Assembly: GCA_944359055.1 (NCBI GenBank)
Contig: CALVSO010000003.1
Coordinates: forward strand, 4,832-68,831
DNA length: 64,000 nt
Source: an uncultured Bacilli bacterium
GTDB lineage: Bacteria; Bacillota_I; Bacilli_A; RF39; UBA660
Direction of reading: 5' to 3'
Part shown: one piece after another, positions 49,966-59,995 of the stretch
How the letters are laid out: the number at the start of each line of letters is the position of its first letter
How positions within the stretch are numbered: position 1 is the first letter of the stretch
Made by a program: the position numbers and the translations under genes
The notes under the pieces: model-generated
What the model was told of the DNA's origin: nothing
Seen by the model: only the letters and a program-made list of their open reading frames with translations
The model's database searches: none

Positions 49966-50181
49966 CTAAAATCCTATTACTAAACATATGACAAAGAATA
50001 ATAACCCTAAAACCATAGTTAATCTAGTTATAAATAATTCGCCACCACGTTCTTTTCTGTTAGCAAATAAAGCATCACTACCACCAGTTATTACATTAGA
50101 AGCACTTTCTGCCTTACCTGCTTGTAATAATACTATAGAAATTAATAAAATTGAAATTATTATTAATAATATTTGTAACAT
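49966..50181 (-). CDS. secG: preprotein translocase subunit SecG; probable start MLQILL, shorter than the track ORF
   Basis: LLQAGKAESASNVITGGSDALF SecG signature with two TM helices. Terminator hairpin AGAGTTTA-ttt-AAACTCT at 49943-49960. Confidence 0.7.
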   Translation of the reverse strand: MLQILLIIISILLISIVLLQAGKAESASNVITGGSDALFANRKERGGELFITRLTMVLGLLFFVICLVIGF

Positions 50182-50396
50182 TTTAATACATTCCTCCTCG
50201 AACGAGTTATATTGTACCATACTTTTAAAAATAATGCAAATCAATCAAAAATGCTTTATTTTCAAAGGAAATATGGCTATTATATTATATGTAATTAAAT
50301 TTTTTTGATAATTTTATTAAATTTTATTAAATTTTTTGATAATTTTATTAAACTATCTTTAATTTTTATAAAAAATGTGCTATAATTTAGTTACTT

Positions 50397-50472
50397 GTCT
50401 CGTTAGCTCAGTTGGTAGAGCAACAGACTCTTAATCTGTGGGTCTAGGGTTCGAACCCCTAACGGGACACCA
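50397..50472 (+). tRNA. tRNA-Lys (CUU), CCA encoded
   Basis: GTCTCGTTAGCTCAGTTGGTAGAGCAACAGACTCTTAATCTGTGGGTCTAGGGTTCGAACCCCTAACGGGACACCA. Preceded by an extended -10 TGCTATAAT. Confidence 0.85.
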
Positions 50473-50481
50473 ATTTAAATA

Positions 50482-51666
50482 TCAATCAGGCAAATCCTGA
50501 TTTTTTATTTTGTTTATAATTTTTTGATGTTCTAAACTATTAAAATAAGATTCATCTAAAACATTATCATTTAAATATGTATACTTAAATAACAATATTT
50601 TTTTTACTGATTGATTTATCCTATCAATAGAAATATTTTCTTTAATTGTTTTAATTGCATTATAAGCATTATTAGGCATTAACAATATATCAACTCCAGC
50701 ATTTATTGCCATTATATATATTTCTTCATCAGTATAATTATTGTTTAATGCTCCCATATTTAAGGCATCAGTTATAACAAGTCCATCAAATCCTAATTGA
50801 TTTTTTAATAAATCTGTTATTATTTTTTTAGATAAAGTTGCAGGAACTATTTCGTTAGTTATCTTTGGAAATGCAATATGTCCAGTCATTATTATTTTAG
50901 CACCATTTTCAATTGCTTTTTTAAAAGGAACTATTTCATTATCTAATATTTCTTCATAAGTTTTATTAATTATTGGTAAAGATGTATGAGAATCAACAGC
51001 AGTGTCTCCATGACCAGGAAAATGTTTATAAATAGCTATGATACCATTATCTTCTAATCCTTTACCTAAACTAGTGCACATACTAGCAACTAAATTTTTA
51101 TCACTACCGAAACTTCTAGTACCAATAACTTTATTATTAGGATTGGAAAATATATCACAAACAGGACCATTTACAACATTAATTCCTAATACTCTCATAT
51201 CTTCAGCCATAACTTTACCAACTTGATAGGCCAAATTAGTATCTTCAGTTTTTCCCAACTCATACATACTAGGAATATAAGTAGCCTTTTTATCCTGTAA
51301 TCCTTGTAATCTTTGAACAACTCCTCCTTCTTGATCAATCGAAATAATTAAAGGTATTTTACTATTTAATTTTAAATCGTATATATATTTTTTAGTCTTA
51401 GATAATGTAGTAATATTACTTTGATTAATAATAAATCCACTTGGTTTTATATCATTCATAAAATCAATTAATTTTTCGTTTACTATATTATGAGTATCAT
51501 ATATCATCAACATTTGACCAATTTTTTCTTCAATTGTCATATTATTCATAATATTTAATACTTTATCTTCAATTGTCTCAATTTGTGGCTTTGGTGTTTC
51601 AACAATTTTTTCTTGATAAGAACATCCGGACAATAATATTAAAAATAGCCAAAATAATTTTTTCAT
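50482..51666 (-). CDS. glycoside hydrolase family 3 beta-N-acetylhexosaminidase-like lipoprotein
   Basis: Lipobox LLSGCSY; KHFPGHGDTAVDSHT GH3 catalytic region. Confidence 0.7.
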   Translation of the reverse strand: MKKLFWLFLILLSGCSYQEKIVETPKPQIETIEDKVLNIMNNMTIEEKIGQMLMIYDTHNIVNEKLIDFMNDIKPSGFIINQSNITTLSKTKKYIYDLKLNSKIPLIISIDQEGGVVQRLQGLQDKKATYIPSMYELGKTEDTNLAYQVGKVMAEDMRVLGINVVNGPVCDIFSNPNNKVIGTRSFGSDKNLVASMCTSLGKGLEDNGIIAIYKHFPGHGDTAVDSHTSLPIINKTYEEILDNEIVPFKKAIENGAKIIMTGHIAFPKITNEIVPATLSKKIITDLLKNQLGFDGLVITDALNMGALNNNYTDEEIYIMAINAGVDILLMPNNAYNAIKTIKENISIDRINQSVKKILLFKYTYLNDNVLDESYFNSLEHQKIINKIKNQDLPD

Positions 51667-51700
51667 TTATTCATCCCCTTATTATTATGGTTATATTATT

Positions 51701-53446
51701 TTAAACTAATTCTTTTTCATATAATTTCTTATAAAATTCATTATTTTTAATTAATTCATCATGAGTTCCTTCATCTAATATTTTACCATCATCTATTAAA
51801 ATTATTCGATCACTATCAATAACAGTTGATAAACGGTGAGCAATAATCAATATGGTATACTCACCTTTCATATTATTAATAGCTTTTTGAATACTTGCTT
51901 GAGTTTCATTATCTAAAGCACTAGTAGCTTCATCAAATAAAATTATTTCTGTTTTTTTAAGAAGTGCTCTTGCAATTGCTAATCTTTGTCTTTGACCACC
52001 AGATAAAGTAATTCCACCCTCGCCTACAATAGAATCATAACCATCTTTTAAAGTCATAATAAAATCATGTAAACAAGCAAGTTTGCAAGCTTCAATCATT
52101 TCTTCATCAGTCATATCATCTTTAACTAATTTTAAATTATCTCTTATTGAAAAATTAAATATATAAGGATTTTGATTTATAATTGACATATTATTTCTGA
52201 TTGAATCTTTTGTTAAATCGTTTATATTAACATTATCAATTAATATTTCGCCTGAATCTATTGAATATAATCTATTTAACAAACTAAATATAGTTGATTT
52301 ACCACTTCCACTTTTACCTACAAAAACAACAGTTTCATTAGCATGTATTTTAAAACTAATATTTTTAAGTACAACTTTATCTTCATTATAAGAGAAACTA
52401 ACATCTCTAAATTCAAAATCACCATTTATTTTATCTAATATTTTATTACCAAAACTTTCTTTTTTAAATTTTTCATCATCAATTATTTCAAATACTCTTG
52501 TTGCTGCAACATTGAATTTTTTGGTTAATTCAATTAAATAACTGCAATAACTTAATAATTCTAATAATCTATCTTTATACATATAAATTATAACAAAATT
52601 AGCAATACTTAAATAATTTTTCAAACATAAATATGTACCTAACATTATTAAAAACAAATTACTAAAGTCTTGAATACTACCTGTTAAAAAAGTATATTTT
52701 GCATTTACTTTCATCATTTTATAATTTTCATTGTTAGATTCAACTAATTTTTTTTCAGCTTTTTTTAGAAAATTATTTTCAATATTTAATGATTTTATAT
52801 CTCTAGATCCTCTTATTAATTCACTTACTAATCCCGTATTTTTTTCGGATAATTTTCTTCTTTCCTTATCTAATTCAAAATATTTCTTCATTCTGATATG
52901 CTCTAAAATAAATATAATTAATAATATAAGTAAAAAATAAGCAAACATAATTTTATTTATAAAATAAATAGCAATTAAAACACCAATATTACTTATAACA
53001 TCAATTAAGCCATCGCCTAAATTAGAAAATATATTAACAATTTCTTTTGTATCATTATTTATTCTATCAATAAAAATACCAGATGAATTATTATCTAATT
53101 CCGTAGTTTCTAGTTTCATAGCTTCTTTAGCAATATTTACTTGAATTCTAGATGTTGCTTTTAAAGTATATTTATGAAACAAAATATTATATAAAAAATT
53201 AAAAAGATTTCTAATTAATTCTACTATCAAAACCATTATAGTAATTGTTAATAATTCTTTAAACATTCCATCAGTTAAATATAGTAACATCTTAGCTGAT
53301 AAAAGAGGTGTTATAACACTTATACCACATAAAACTAAAGAAAAAATTAAAAATAAAATTATATATTTTTTATCTTCTTTAACAAATTTCCAAGTCTTTT
53401 TAAAATTAATTAATATGTTTTTTAAATTATCTTCCATAAAGCACAC
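51701..53446 (-). CDS. ABC exporter, fused permease plus ATPase (MsbA-like)
   Basis: 6 TM; Walker A GKSGSGKST; signature LSGGQRQRLAIARA; Walker B ILFDEATSALD. Confidence 0.85.
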   Translation of the reverse strand: MCFMEDNLKNILINFKKTWKFVKEDKKYIILFLIFSLVLCGISVITPLLSAKMLLYLTDGMFKELLTITIMVLIVELIRNLFNFLYNILFHKYTLKATSRIQVNIAKEAMKLETTELDNNSSGIFIDRINNDTKEIVNIFSNLGDGLIDVISNIGVLIAIYFINKIMFAYFLLILLIIFILEHIRMKKYFELDKERRKLSEKNTGLVSELIRGSRDIKSLNIENNFLKKAEKKLVESNNENYKMMKVNAKYTFLTGSIQDFSNLFLIMLGTYLCLKNYLSIANFVIIYMYKDRLLELLSYCSYLIELTKKFNVAATRVFEIIDDEKFKKESFGNKILDKINGDFEFRDVSFSYNEDKVVLKNISFKIHANETVVFVGKSGSGKSTIFSLLNRLYSIDSGEILIDNVNINDLTKDSIRNNMSIINQNPYIFNFSIRDNLKLVKDDMTDEEMIEACKLACLHDFIMTLKDGYDSIVGEGGITLSGGQRQRLAIARALLKKTEIILFDEATSALDNETQASIQKAINNMKGEYTILIIAHRLSTVIDSDRIILIDDGKILDEGTHDELIKNNEFYKKLYEKELV

Positions 53447-53636
53447 TTCCTAAAATAATTATAACATTTTTATTTCAATCGAACAATATAACTTGCAATT
53501 AACTCAAAAATATGCTATCATGTATATAGATGTGATTTTTATCATATAATAAAAAAGGTAATACTTGATTTTGCGCGTTAAGTATCTACCTATTAGTTGG
53601 TGGTAGATACCTAATCTACAATAGTGATTAGGTATC

Positions 53637-53729
53637 TTATTTTATTTCTATTATAATTAATAGAGTTACTAATAAAACGATTATAATTAATAAAAATATA
53701 TTTATTATAAATACATCTTTTTTAGTCAT
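53637..53729 (-). CDS. candidate 30 aa hydrophobic peptide (type I toxin-like)
   Basis: GGAGG 9 nt upstream of the ATG. Peptide MTKKDVFIINIFLLIIIVLLVTLLIIIEIK. The SD lies in an inverted repeat (CCTCC-ttcca-GGAGG), and two overlapping hairpins follow the stop. Confidence 0.3.
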   Translation of the reverse strand: MTKKDVFIINIFLLIIIVLLVTLLIIIEIK

Positions 53730-53819
53730 TTTATCAATCCTCCTTCCAGGAGGTAGACACCTAACAATCTTGCATTACCTAATATAAATTATATCATAAA
53801 ATTAATTATATGTAAATAA

Positions 53820-54524
53820 TTAATTTTTATTTTGCATTTTAAACTCTTTGAATATTTTTGTTAAAGCTCTTTTTTCAATTCTTGAAACATAGCTTCTTGA
53901 AATTCCTAATTGTTTAGCTATTTCTTTTTGAGTAACTTCTCTTTCATTATTTAAACCATATCTTTTAATTATTATTTCTTTTTCTCTTTCATCTAAAATA
54001 TTAAAATATTTTTTTAATAAAACAATATTATCTTTTTTTTGAATATCATTCTCAAAATCAGGTTTAGGCGTTTTTAATATATCTAAAAATGTTATTTCAT
54101 TACCATCTTTATCAAATCCAATTGATTCATTTAAACTAATGTTTTTACTATTCTTTTTATCACTTCGATAATACATTAATATCTCATTTTCAATACATTT
54201 GGCAGCATAAGTAGTTAATCTTGTTCCTTTTTTGTAACTAAAACTATCTACTCCTTTAATTAATCCAATTGTTCCAATACTAATTAAATCATCAACATCA
54301 TTTTTTTTATGATCATATTTTTTTACTATATGCGCTACCAATCTTAAATTGTGTTCAATCAATTTATTTCTTGCATCTTTATCTCCTAGATGCATTAAAG
54401 ATACACATTTTTCTTCTTCCTCTTTTGATAATGGATCAGGAAAAACATTATTTGAATAAGCAGCTGTAAAAATATAAAAGTCTTTGAACAATTTTTTTAA
54501 TAATTCTAACATATCACACCTCAA
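53820..54524 (-). CDS. sigK: sporulation sigma factor SigK-like, with N-terminal pro-sequence
   Basis: AFPDPLSKEEEEKCVSLMHLGDKDARNKLIEHNLRLVAHIVKKY...DLISIGTIGLIKG...KDGNEI...ISRSYVSRIEKRAL closely parallels B. subtilis SigK. Confidence 0.8.
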   Translation of the reverse strand: MRCDMLELLKKLFKDFYIFTAAYSNNVFPDPLSKEEEEKCVSLMHLGDKDARNKLIEHNLRLVAHIVKKYDHKKNDVDDLISIGTIGLIKGVDSFSYKKGTRLTTYAAKCIENEILMYYRSDKKNSKNISLNESIGFDKDGNEITFLDILKTPKPDFENDIQKKDNIVLLKKYFNILDEREKEIIIKRYGLNNEREVTQKEIAKQLGISRSYVSRIEKRALTKIFKEFKMQNKN

Positions 54525-55293
54525 TTAAATTTTATGTTTTTGCTTTTAAAAGTATTAAAACTTTAATTTTGTAGTAAAATCTTGTGATACCACAAAAATT
54601 TAAAACTTAGTCATATCATAAAAATATCAAAAAAAATTTACTTTTTTATCATTATATGTTAAAATAACTAAAGATGGAGTTGATATGGTAAGGAGAACTT
54701 TTGTTTTATTTGTTTTAGTCGCTATAGTAATAACAATATTTAAAACAACGAAATACAGAAAATTAAGAAACGAGAAATTATTTTGAATTAAGTTTCATAA
54801 AGTGAAAAAATAATTTTGTTCAAAATGCAGCTTTAACTTAACACTTGATAAACAATGTGATAGAAAGAAAATAATAAAAATTGCTTTAATAAAATGAAAA
54901 GAGTATGAAAAAAAATAATTGATAAATCAAATAGTTGTATTAATTGTAATTCTTAATTAATAAAAAAAGAAAAACAATTGAATATAAAGTAGATTTGACG
55001 AGAATGATATTACTTATTATAACAAATTTAGGATTTATTTTATAATATGATTTTTTTGTTCTATTATCTACATAAAAAATGATTTGAAACTAAATTAAAT
55101 GTTGCTAATATTTTAGTGTAAATTCAAACACTAAGTTTTATTTAATGTGTTTTTCTTTATAGTTGTTATTGATTTACAAAAAATTACATTGCTTATTTAA
55201 TAAATGAGTATAAAGTTACAAGCATCCTTTTATCTTATAATTTATTTAATGATTTACTAGTAATAACATTAGCTTATATTTATATGAAAGTAG

Positions 55294-55644
55294 GTGAAAT
55301 GTAAAATGGCTTTAATTAAATGTGAAGAATGTGGAAAAGAGATAAGTGATAAAACTAAACAATGTGTTCATTGTGGTTATAATAATAGCGAAATAAATTC
55401 TTATTTAAAAAGTGGAAATGGCGTTGCAGTTGCAATTGTTGTACTTGGAATAACGGTAGGATGTATATTATTTTTAACGGGAATAGATTTAACTCAACTT
55501 GAGTCTGTATCTGGCAATTCTGTAGCAGAAAGTTATTATCAACATATAGGCTTCGCATTAATCGGTATATCTTTATATATAATTATGATAACAATTTATA
55601 TGTACAATAAAGTTAAAGGAAGTAAGGAAATAAAATGGCTTTAA
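55294..55644 (+). CDS. zinc-ribbon plus 2-TM small membrane protein (likely start MALIKCEECGK near 55306)
   Basis: CEECGKEISDKTKQCVHCGY followed by two hydrophobic helices. Confidence 0.5.
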   Translation: MKCKMALIKCEECGKEISDKTKQCVHCGYNNSEINSYLKSGNGVAVAIVVLGITVGCILFLTGIDLTQLESVSGNSVAESYYQHIGFALIGISLYIIMITIYMYNKVKGSKEIKWL

Positions 55645-56033
55645 TTAAATGCAAAGAATGTGGAAAAGAGATAAGTGATAAAGCTAAACAATGTGTTCAT
55701 TGTGGTTATGAGAATGATACAATAAAATGTAAAGAATGTGGAAAAGAAATAAGTAAAAATGCTAATGTTTGCTTTCATTGTGGAAATCCAATTAATAAAA
55801 ACATTAGACATAATGAAACTAATAATAATGAATTAGAAACAAAAGCATCTACTGCATATACATTTGCAATATTAGGTTTATTATTAATAGGTCCTCTAAC
55901 CATACCAGGATTAATTATGGCAAATAGTGTATTACAAGTAAATCCTAATCATCCAAAAGCTAAAAATGCTAAAATTATAAGTATAATTGGTTTAATTTTA
56001 TGGGGTCTAATTTTTATAATAACTATATCATGA
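55635..56033 (+). CDS. double zinc-ribbon plus 2-TM membrane protein (tandem paralogue)
   Basis: MALIKCKECGKEISDKAKQCVHCGY plus a second ribbon CKECGKEISKNANVCFHCG, then two TM helices. Confidence 0.55.
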   Translation: MALIKCKECGKEISDKAKQCVHCGYENDTIKCKECGKEISKNANVCFHCGNPINKNIRHNETNNNELETKASTAYTFAILGLLLIGPLTIPGLIMANSVLQVNPNHPKAKNAKIISIIGLILWGLIFIITIS

Positions 56034-56353
56034 TATTTTAAATAACTTTATTTAACAACTGGCACACTTTTTTCTCTCATCAAACAGAACAATTATTAGA
56101 TCAACTCCATTTAATAGTTAGAAAATATAAATTTGGCGTATGCCAAATTTTTTATAATGTCAATAATAGTGTTAACTGTAGAAATTTCCTTTTAAGATTA
56201 TTTATTAATTATTATGCTTGAATGTAGAAATCACCTAATGTAAAAATCAACCTACCTACACTAAAAATGTGAATTTTGTTTTATCGCCAAAACCAATTTT
56301 TTCAACTAAAATTCTTCTAATTATCTAAAATTTTTTTAATCTATTTGACAATT

Positions 56354-56701
56354 TTATAGTGTGAACATTATTTTTTCAGTAGATTTAGCAACATATCTTG
56401 TTCCTTTTTTGTAACTAAAACTATCTACTCCTTTAATTAATCCAATTGTTCCAATACTAATTAAATCATCAACATCATTTTTTTTATGATCATATTTTTT
56501 TACAATATGAGCTACTAATCTTAAGTTGTGTTCAATCAATTTATTACGTGCTTCTTTATCTCCTAAATGCATTAAGGATACACATTTTTCTTCCTCTTCT
56601 TTTGATAATGGATCAGGAAATACATTATTTGAATAAGCTGCTGTAAAAATATAAAAGTCTTTAAACAATTTTTTTAATAATTCTAACATAACACACCTCA
56701 A
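56354..56701 (-). pseudogene. truncated duplicate of the sigK 5' region (promoter, RBS and first 101 codons nearly identical, then decayed)
   Basis: 99/101 identical residues with 53820-54524. The upstream leader (56702-56760) is near-identical to 54525-54585. It diverges after KKGTR through a 9-bp deletion plus substitutions. Confidence 0.7.
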
Positions 56702-56793
56702 TTAAATTTTATGTTTTTACTTTTAAAAGTATTAAATTTAAGATATAATAGTATTAATAGTTTATTTTTTCACATACTAGAAAGGGTGATTTT

Positions 56794-58041
56794 ATGTATA
56801 GTAATTGTTCAAATAAAGCTTACAATCTACACATTATTAGAACTGATAAATTTAAAACAGTATCAGTAAGAATAAACTTTAAAAAATTATTAGAAAAAAA
56901 AGATATTACATATCGTAATTTATTAGGCAAAATATTATTAAATTCTAATAATACATATAAAACAAAAAGAGATTTAGATATTGAAACAGAAAATTTATAT
57001 GGTATTGGAATAGGATGTTCTAATTCATTGATGGGTAATTATATTGTTACTTCATTCAACTCTAATTTTTTAAATGAAAAATATACTGAAGAAAATATGA
57101 ATAAAACATCAATTGAATTTTTATTAAGTTTAATATTTAATCCTAATGTTGAAGATAATAAGTTTAAAGATTTTGATTTAGCTAAAAGATTGGTAACTGA
57201 TGAAATAGATTCTTTAAAAGATAATACTAAAAGATATTCTTTACAAAGAATGTTTGAAATATTAGGTAAAGATACACCATTAGAATATAATTCAATTGGT
57301 TATAAAGAAGATTTAGATCCTGATAATTTATATGAATATTATAAAAAAATGCTTAAAAGTGATTTAATTGACATATTTGTAATTGGTGATGTTAATGAAG
57401 AAGAAATTGTAGAAATATTTAATAAAAACTTTAATGTTAATACAATCAAAAGACCTGGTATATCTCATTTTGTAACTCAAAATATAACTAAATTAAGTAA
57501 AATTAAAGAAACATTACCAATTGAACAAACTAATTTAAATATTGGATTTAAAATTAAAGATTTAACTGACTTTGAAAAACAATATGTTTTATATATTTAT
57601 TCTTTTATTTTAGGCGGTAGTCCTAATTCAAAACTATTTAAAACAGTAAGAGAAAAAAATAGTTTATGTTATAGTATAAACGCTACTTTTAAAGCAATTT
57701 ATAATATTTTATATATTACAGTTGGTACTAATAAAGACGATGTTAAAAAATGCTTAAGTTTAATAAAAAAAGAATTCAATAGAATGGGCAAAGGTGATTT
57801 TACTGATAATGATATCGAATCAGCTAAAATAACTTACATAAATAGTTTAAAAGATATTGAAGATTATCAAGCTAGTATTTTAAGAATGTATGAAAGTAAT
57901 ATTTATTTCAATTACGACTTGTTAGATGAAAGAATTAAAAATATAAGTAAAGTTACCAAAGAGGATATTATTAATTTACATAAAAAAATTAATATGGATA
58001 CAATATTTGTTTTAGAAGGTGAAAATAATGAAGAAAATTAA
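56794..58041 (+). CDS. M16 family peptidase-like protein lacking the HxxEH motif (non-catalytic partner)
   Basis: Pitrilysin-like fold and length, with no zinc-binding HxxEH. Overlaps the downstream M16 gene. Confidence 0.55.
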   Translation: MYSNCSNKAYNLHIIRTDKFKTVSVRINFKKLLEKKDITYRNLLGKILLNSNNTYKTKRDLDIETENLYGIGIGCSNSLMGNYIVTSFNSNFLNEKYTEENMNKTSIEFLLSLIFNPNVEDNKFKDFDLAKRLVTDEIDSLKDNTKRYSLQRMFEILGKDTPLEYNSIGYKEDLDPDNLYEYYKKMLKSDLIDIFVIGDVNEEEIVEIFNKNFNVNTIKRPGISHFVTQNITKLSKIKETLPIEQTNLNIGFKIKDLTDFEKQYVLYIYSFILGGSPNSKLFKTVREKNSLCYSINATFKAIYNILYITVGTNKDDVKKCLSLIKKEFNRMGKGDFTDNDIESAKITYINSLKDIEDYQASILRMYESNIYFNYDLLDERIKNISKVTKEDIINLHKKINMDTIFVLEGENNEEN

Positions 58042-59293
58042 TTTTAAAAACTTGGATTTAGATTTATTCTATGAAAAATTAGATAATGGACTAGAAATAT
58101 TTGTCTTGCCTAAAACAAATGTTAATAATATCTATGTAACTTTTAATACAAAATATGGATCTAATATAAGTGAATTTAAACCAATTGATAAAGATAAAAT
58201 GATTAAAGTACCATTAGGCATTGCCCACTTTCTAGAACATAAAATGTTTGAGCAAGAAGATGGTTCTGATATATTTTCATTTTATAGTGAACGAGGTGCA
58301 GATTGTAACGCTAATACTAATTATACTAAAACAACTTACCTATTCTCTTGTCCTAATTTCTTTAAAGAAAATATAGATATGTTGTTAGATTATGTACAAT
58401 CCCCTTATTTTACTGATGAAAACGTTGATAAAGAAAAAGGCATAATAACTCAAGAAATTAAAATGTATCAAGATATGCCTGGTACAATGATATATGATAA
58501 GATAATTGAAAATACTTTTAAAATTAATCCAATGAAACATCCAATTATTGGTGATATTGAAAATATTAATAAAATTACTAAAGAAGATTTATATACCTGT
58601 TATAATACATTTTATCATCCTTCTAATATGTTTGTAGTAGTTACAGGTAATGTTGATGCCGAAGAAGTTATCAATGTAATTAGAGAAAATCAAAATAAGA
58701 AAAAATTTAAAAAAGAAGAGAAAATTAAAGTTAAATCTTATAATGAACCAAAAGAAGTAGCTAAAGAAAATGATGAAATAAAATTAAATGTCAGTATTCC
58801 TAAATGTGCTATTTGTTATAAATTAAAAATAGAAAAAAATATTCAAAATATCTTTTATTTATTAACATTATTTGATTGTAAATTTTCTTCAACTAGTGAA
58901 TTTGTTCATAATTTATTAGAAGAAAAAATAATAAATGATAACTTAGCTGTTGATTTTGATGATAGTACTGATTATACTTTAATGTTCGTTTTAGGAGAAT
59001 CAACTAATCCTAAAAAATTATTAGAAAAAATAGAAGATGAAATGAAAGATTTAAATATTTCTGAAACTGATTTTGAAAGAAAGAAAAAAGTATTATTAAG
59101 TTCAATTATTTATATGACTGAAAATATCTTTAGTTTAAATAGTAACATAACTAGTGATATTATAAGATATGGTAAATTTAATGAAAATAAATATAATGAT
59201 ATTAAAAATTTAAATTATAAAGATTTTATGAATTTTATTAAAAAAATTGATTTTAAAAATAATACAACTTTAATAATTAATCCAAAAAACTGA
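58019..59293 (+). CDS. M16 family zinc peptidase
   Basis: Inverted zinc motif HFLEHKMFE plus a downstream Glu. Confidence 0.75.
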   Translation: MKIMKKINFKNLDLDLFYEKLDNGLEIFVLPKTNVNNIYVTFNTKYGSNISEFKPIDKDKMIKVPLGIAHFLEHKMFEQEDGSDIFSFYSERGADCNANTNYTKTTYLFSCPNFFKENIDMLLDYVQSPYFTDENVDKEKGIITQEIKMYQDMPGTMIYDKIIENTFKINPMKHPIIGDIENINKITKEDLYTCYNTFYHPSNMFVVVTGNVDAEEVINVIRENQNKKKFKKEEKIKVKSYNEPKEVAKENDEIKLNVSIPKCAICYKLKIEKNIQNIFYLLTLFDCKFSSTSEFVHNLLEEKIINDNLAVDFDDSTDYTLMFVLGESTNPKKLLEKIEDEMKDLNISETDFERKKKVLLSSIIYMTENIFSLNSNITSDIIRYGKFNENKYNDIKNLNYKDFMNFIKKIDFKNNTTLIINPKN

Positions 59294-59318
59294 TGAATTT
59301 TCATCAGTTTTTATCATT
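59286..59318. terminator. bidirectional intrinsic terminator AAAAACTGATGAA-ttt-TCATCAGTTTTT
   Basis: Perfect 10-bp stem flanked by A and T runs, between convergent genes. Confidence 0.65.
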
Positions 59319-59972
59319 TGTAATATTACCATCGCCAGTAACAGGAATTGTATCACCACCATAAGTAGAATTAGGTTTTAATAAAGCTTTAACAAAATCT
59401 TTATCTCTAGCTAATACTTCTCTTACTTCCCTTTTAAATTGACCTGGATAATCTCTTAGATTAGAACTAACACCATATGCTTCTATTCCTAAATTTTTAG
59501 CAATATATAATGCTCTATATAAATGATATTCTTGCGTTACAATAACAACTTTTTTTACTTCAAATATTTCTTTAGCTCGATATAAACTATCATAAGTAGA
59601 TATTCCTGCATGATCCATAAAAATATCATTAGATGGTACACCTTCATTAATTGCATATGTTTTCATAACATTAACTTCATCATAGTCTTCTTGCATATGG
59701 TCACCACTCATAATAATTTTATTTGATACATTGTTATTATATAATTCAACACCTCTTAAGATTCTATCTTCTAACATCGGTCTAGGTTGGTTACCATATA
59801 CTCCAGCTCCTAAAACTAAAATACAATCTACATTTTCTAATGTTTTAGCTTCATCAACTGTTATTATTTTATCTTTATTACTAAAAACAACATAAAAATT
59901 AACACCTAATACACCAACTATAAATAATAATACTATAACTAATAAATATTTTACTATCTTCATATGTAACAC
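59304..59972 (-). CDS. SanA/YdcF (DUF218) family membrane protein
   Basis: N-terminal TM, then VLGAGV...IMSGDH...IVTQEYHLYRALYIAK, characteristic of DUF218. Confidence 0.6.
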   Translation of the reverse strand: MLHMKIVKYLLVIVLLFIVGVLGVNFYVVFSNKDKIITVDEAKTLENVDCILVLGAGVYGNQPRPMLEDRILRGVELYNNNVSNKIIMSGDHMQEDYDEVNVMKTYAINEGVPSNDIFMDHAGISTYDSLYRAKEIFEVKKVVIVTQEYHLYRALYIAKNLGIEAYGVSSNLRDYPGQFKREVREVLARDKDFVKALLKPNSTYGGDTIPVTGDGNITNDKN

Positions 59973-59995
59973 CTATTACTATTTTACCATACAAA

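Noticed and set aside
50293-50353. AT-rich near-tandem repeat (ttttttgataattttattaaa twice) upstream of tRNA-Lys
   Set aside because: Low-complexity promoter-proximal repeat, possibly an UP element. No CRISPR-like spacing or further structure.
54685-54786. 33 aa ORF MVRRTFVLFVLVAIVITIFKTTKYRKLRNEKLF in the AT-rich region upstream of the zinc-ribbon genes
   Set aside because: Plausible small membrane peptide with a weak SD (GATGGAG), but the region is very AT-rich and such ORFs arise by chance. No supporting conservation is visible.
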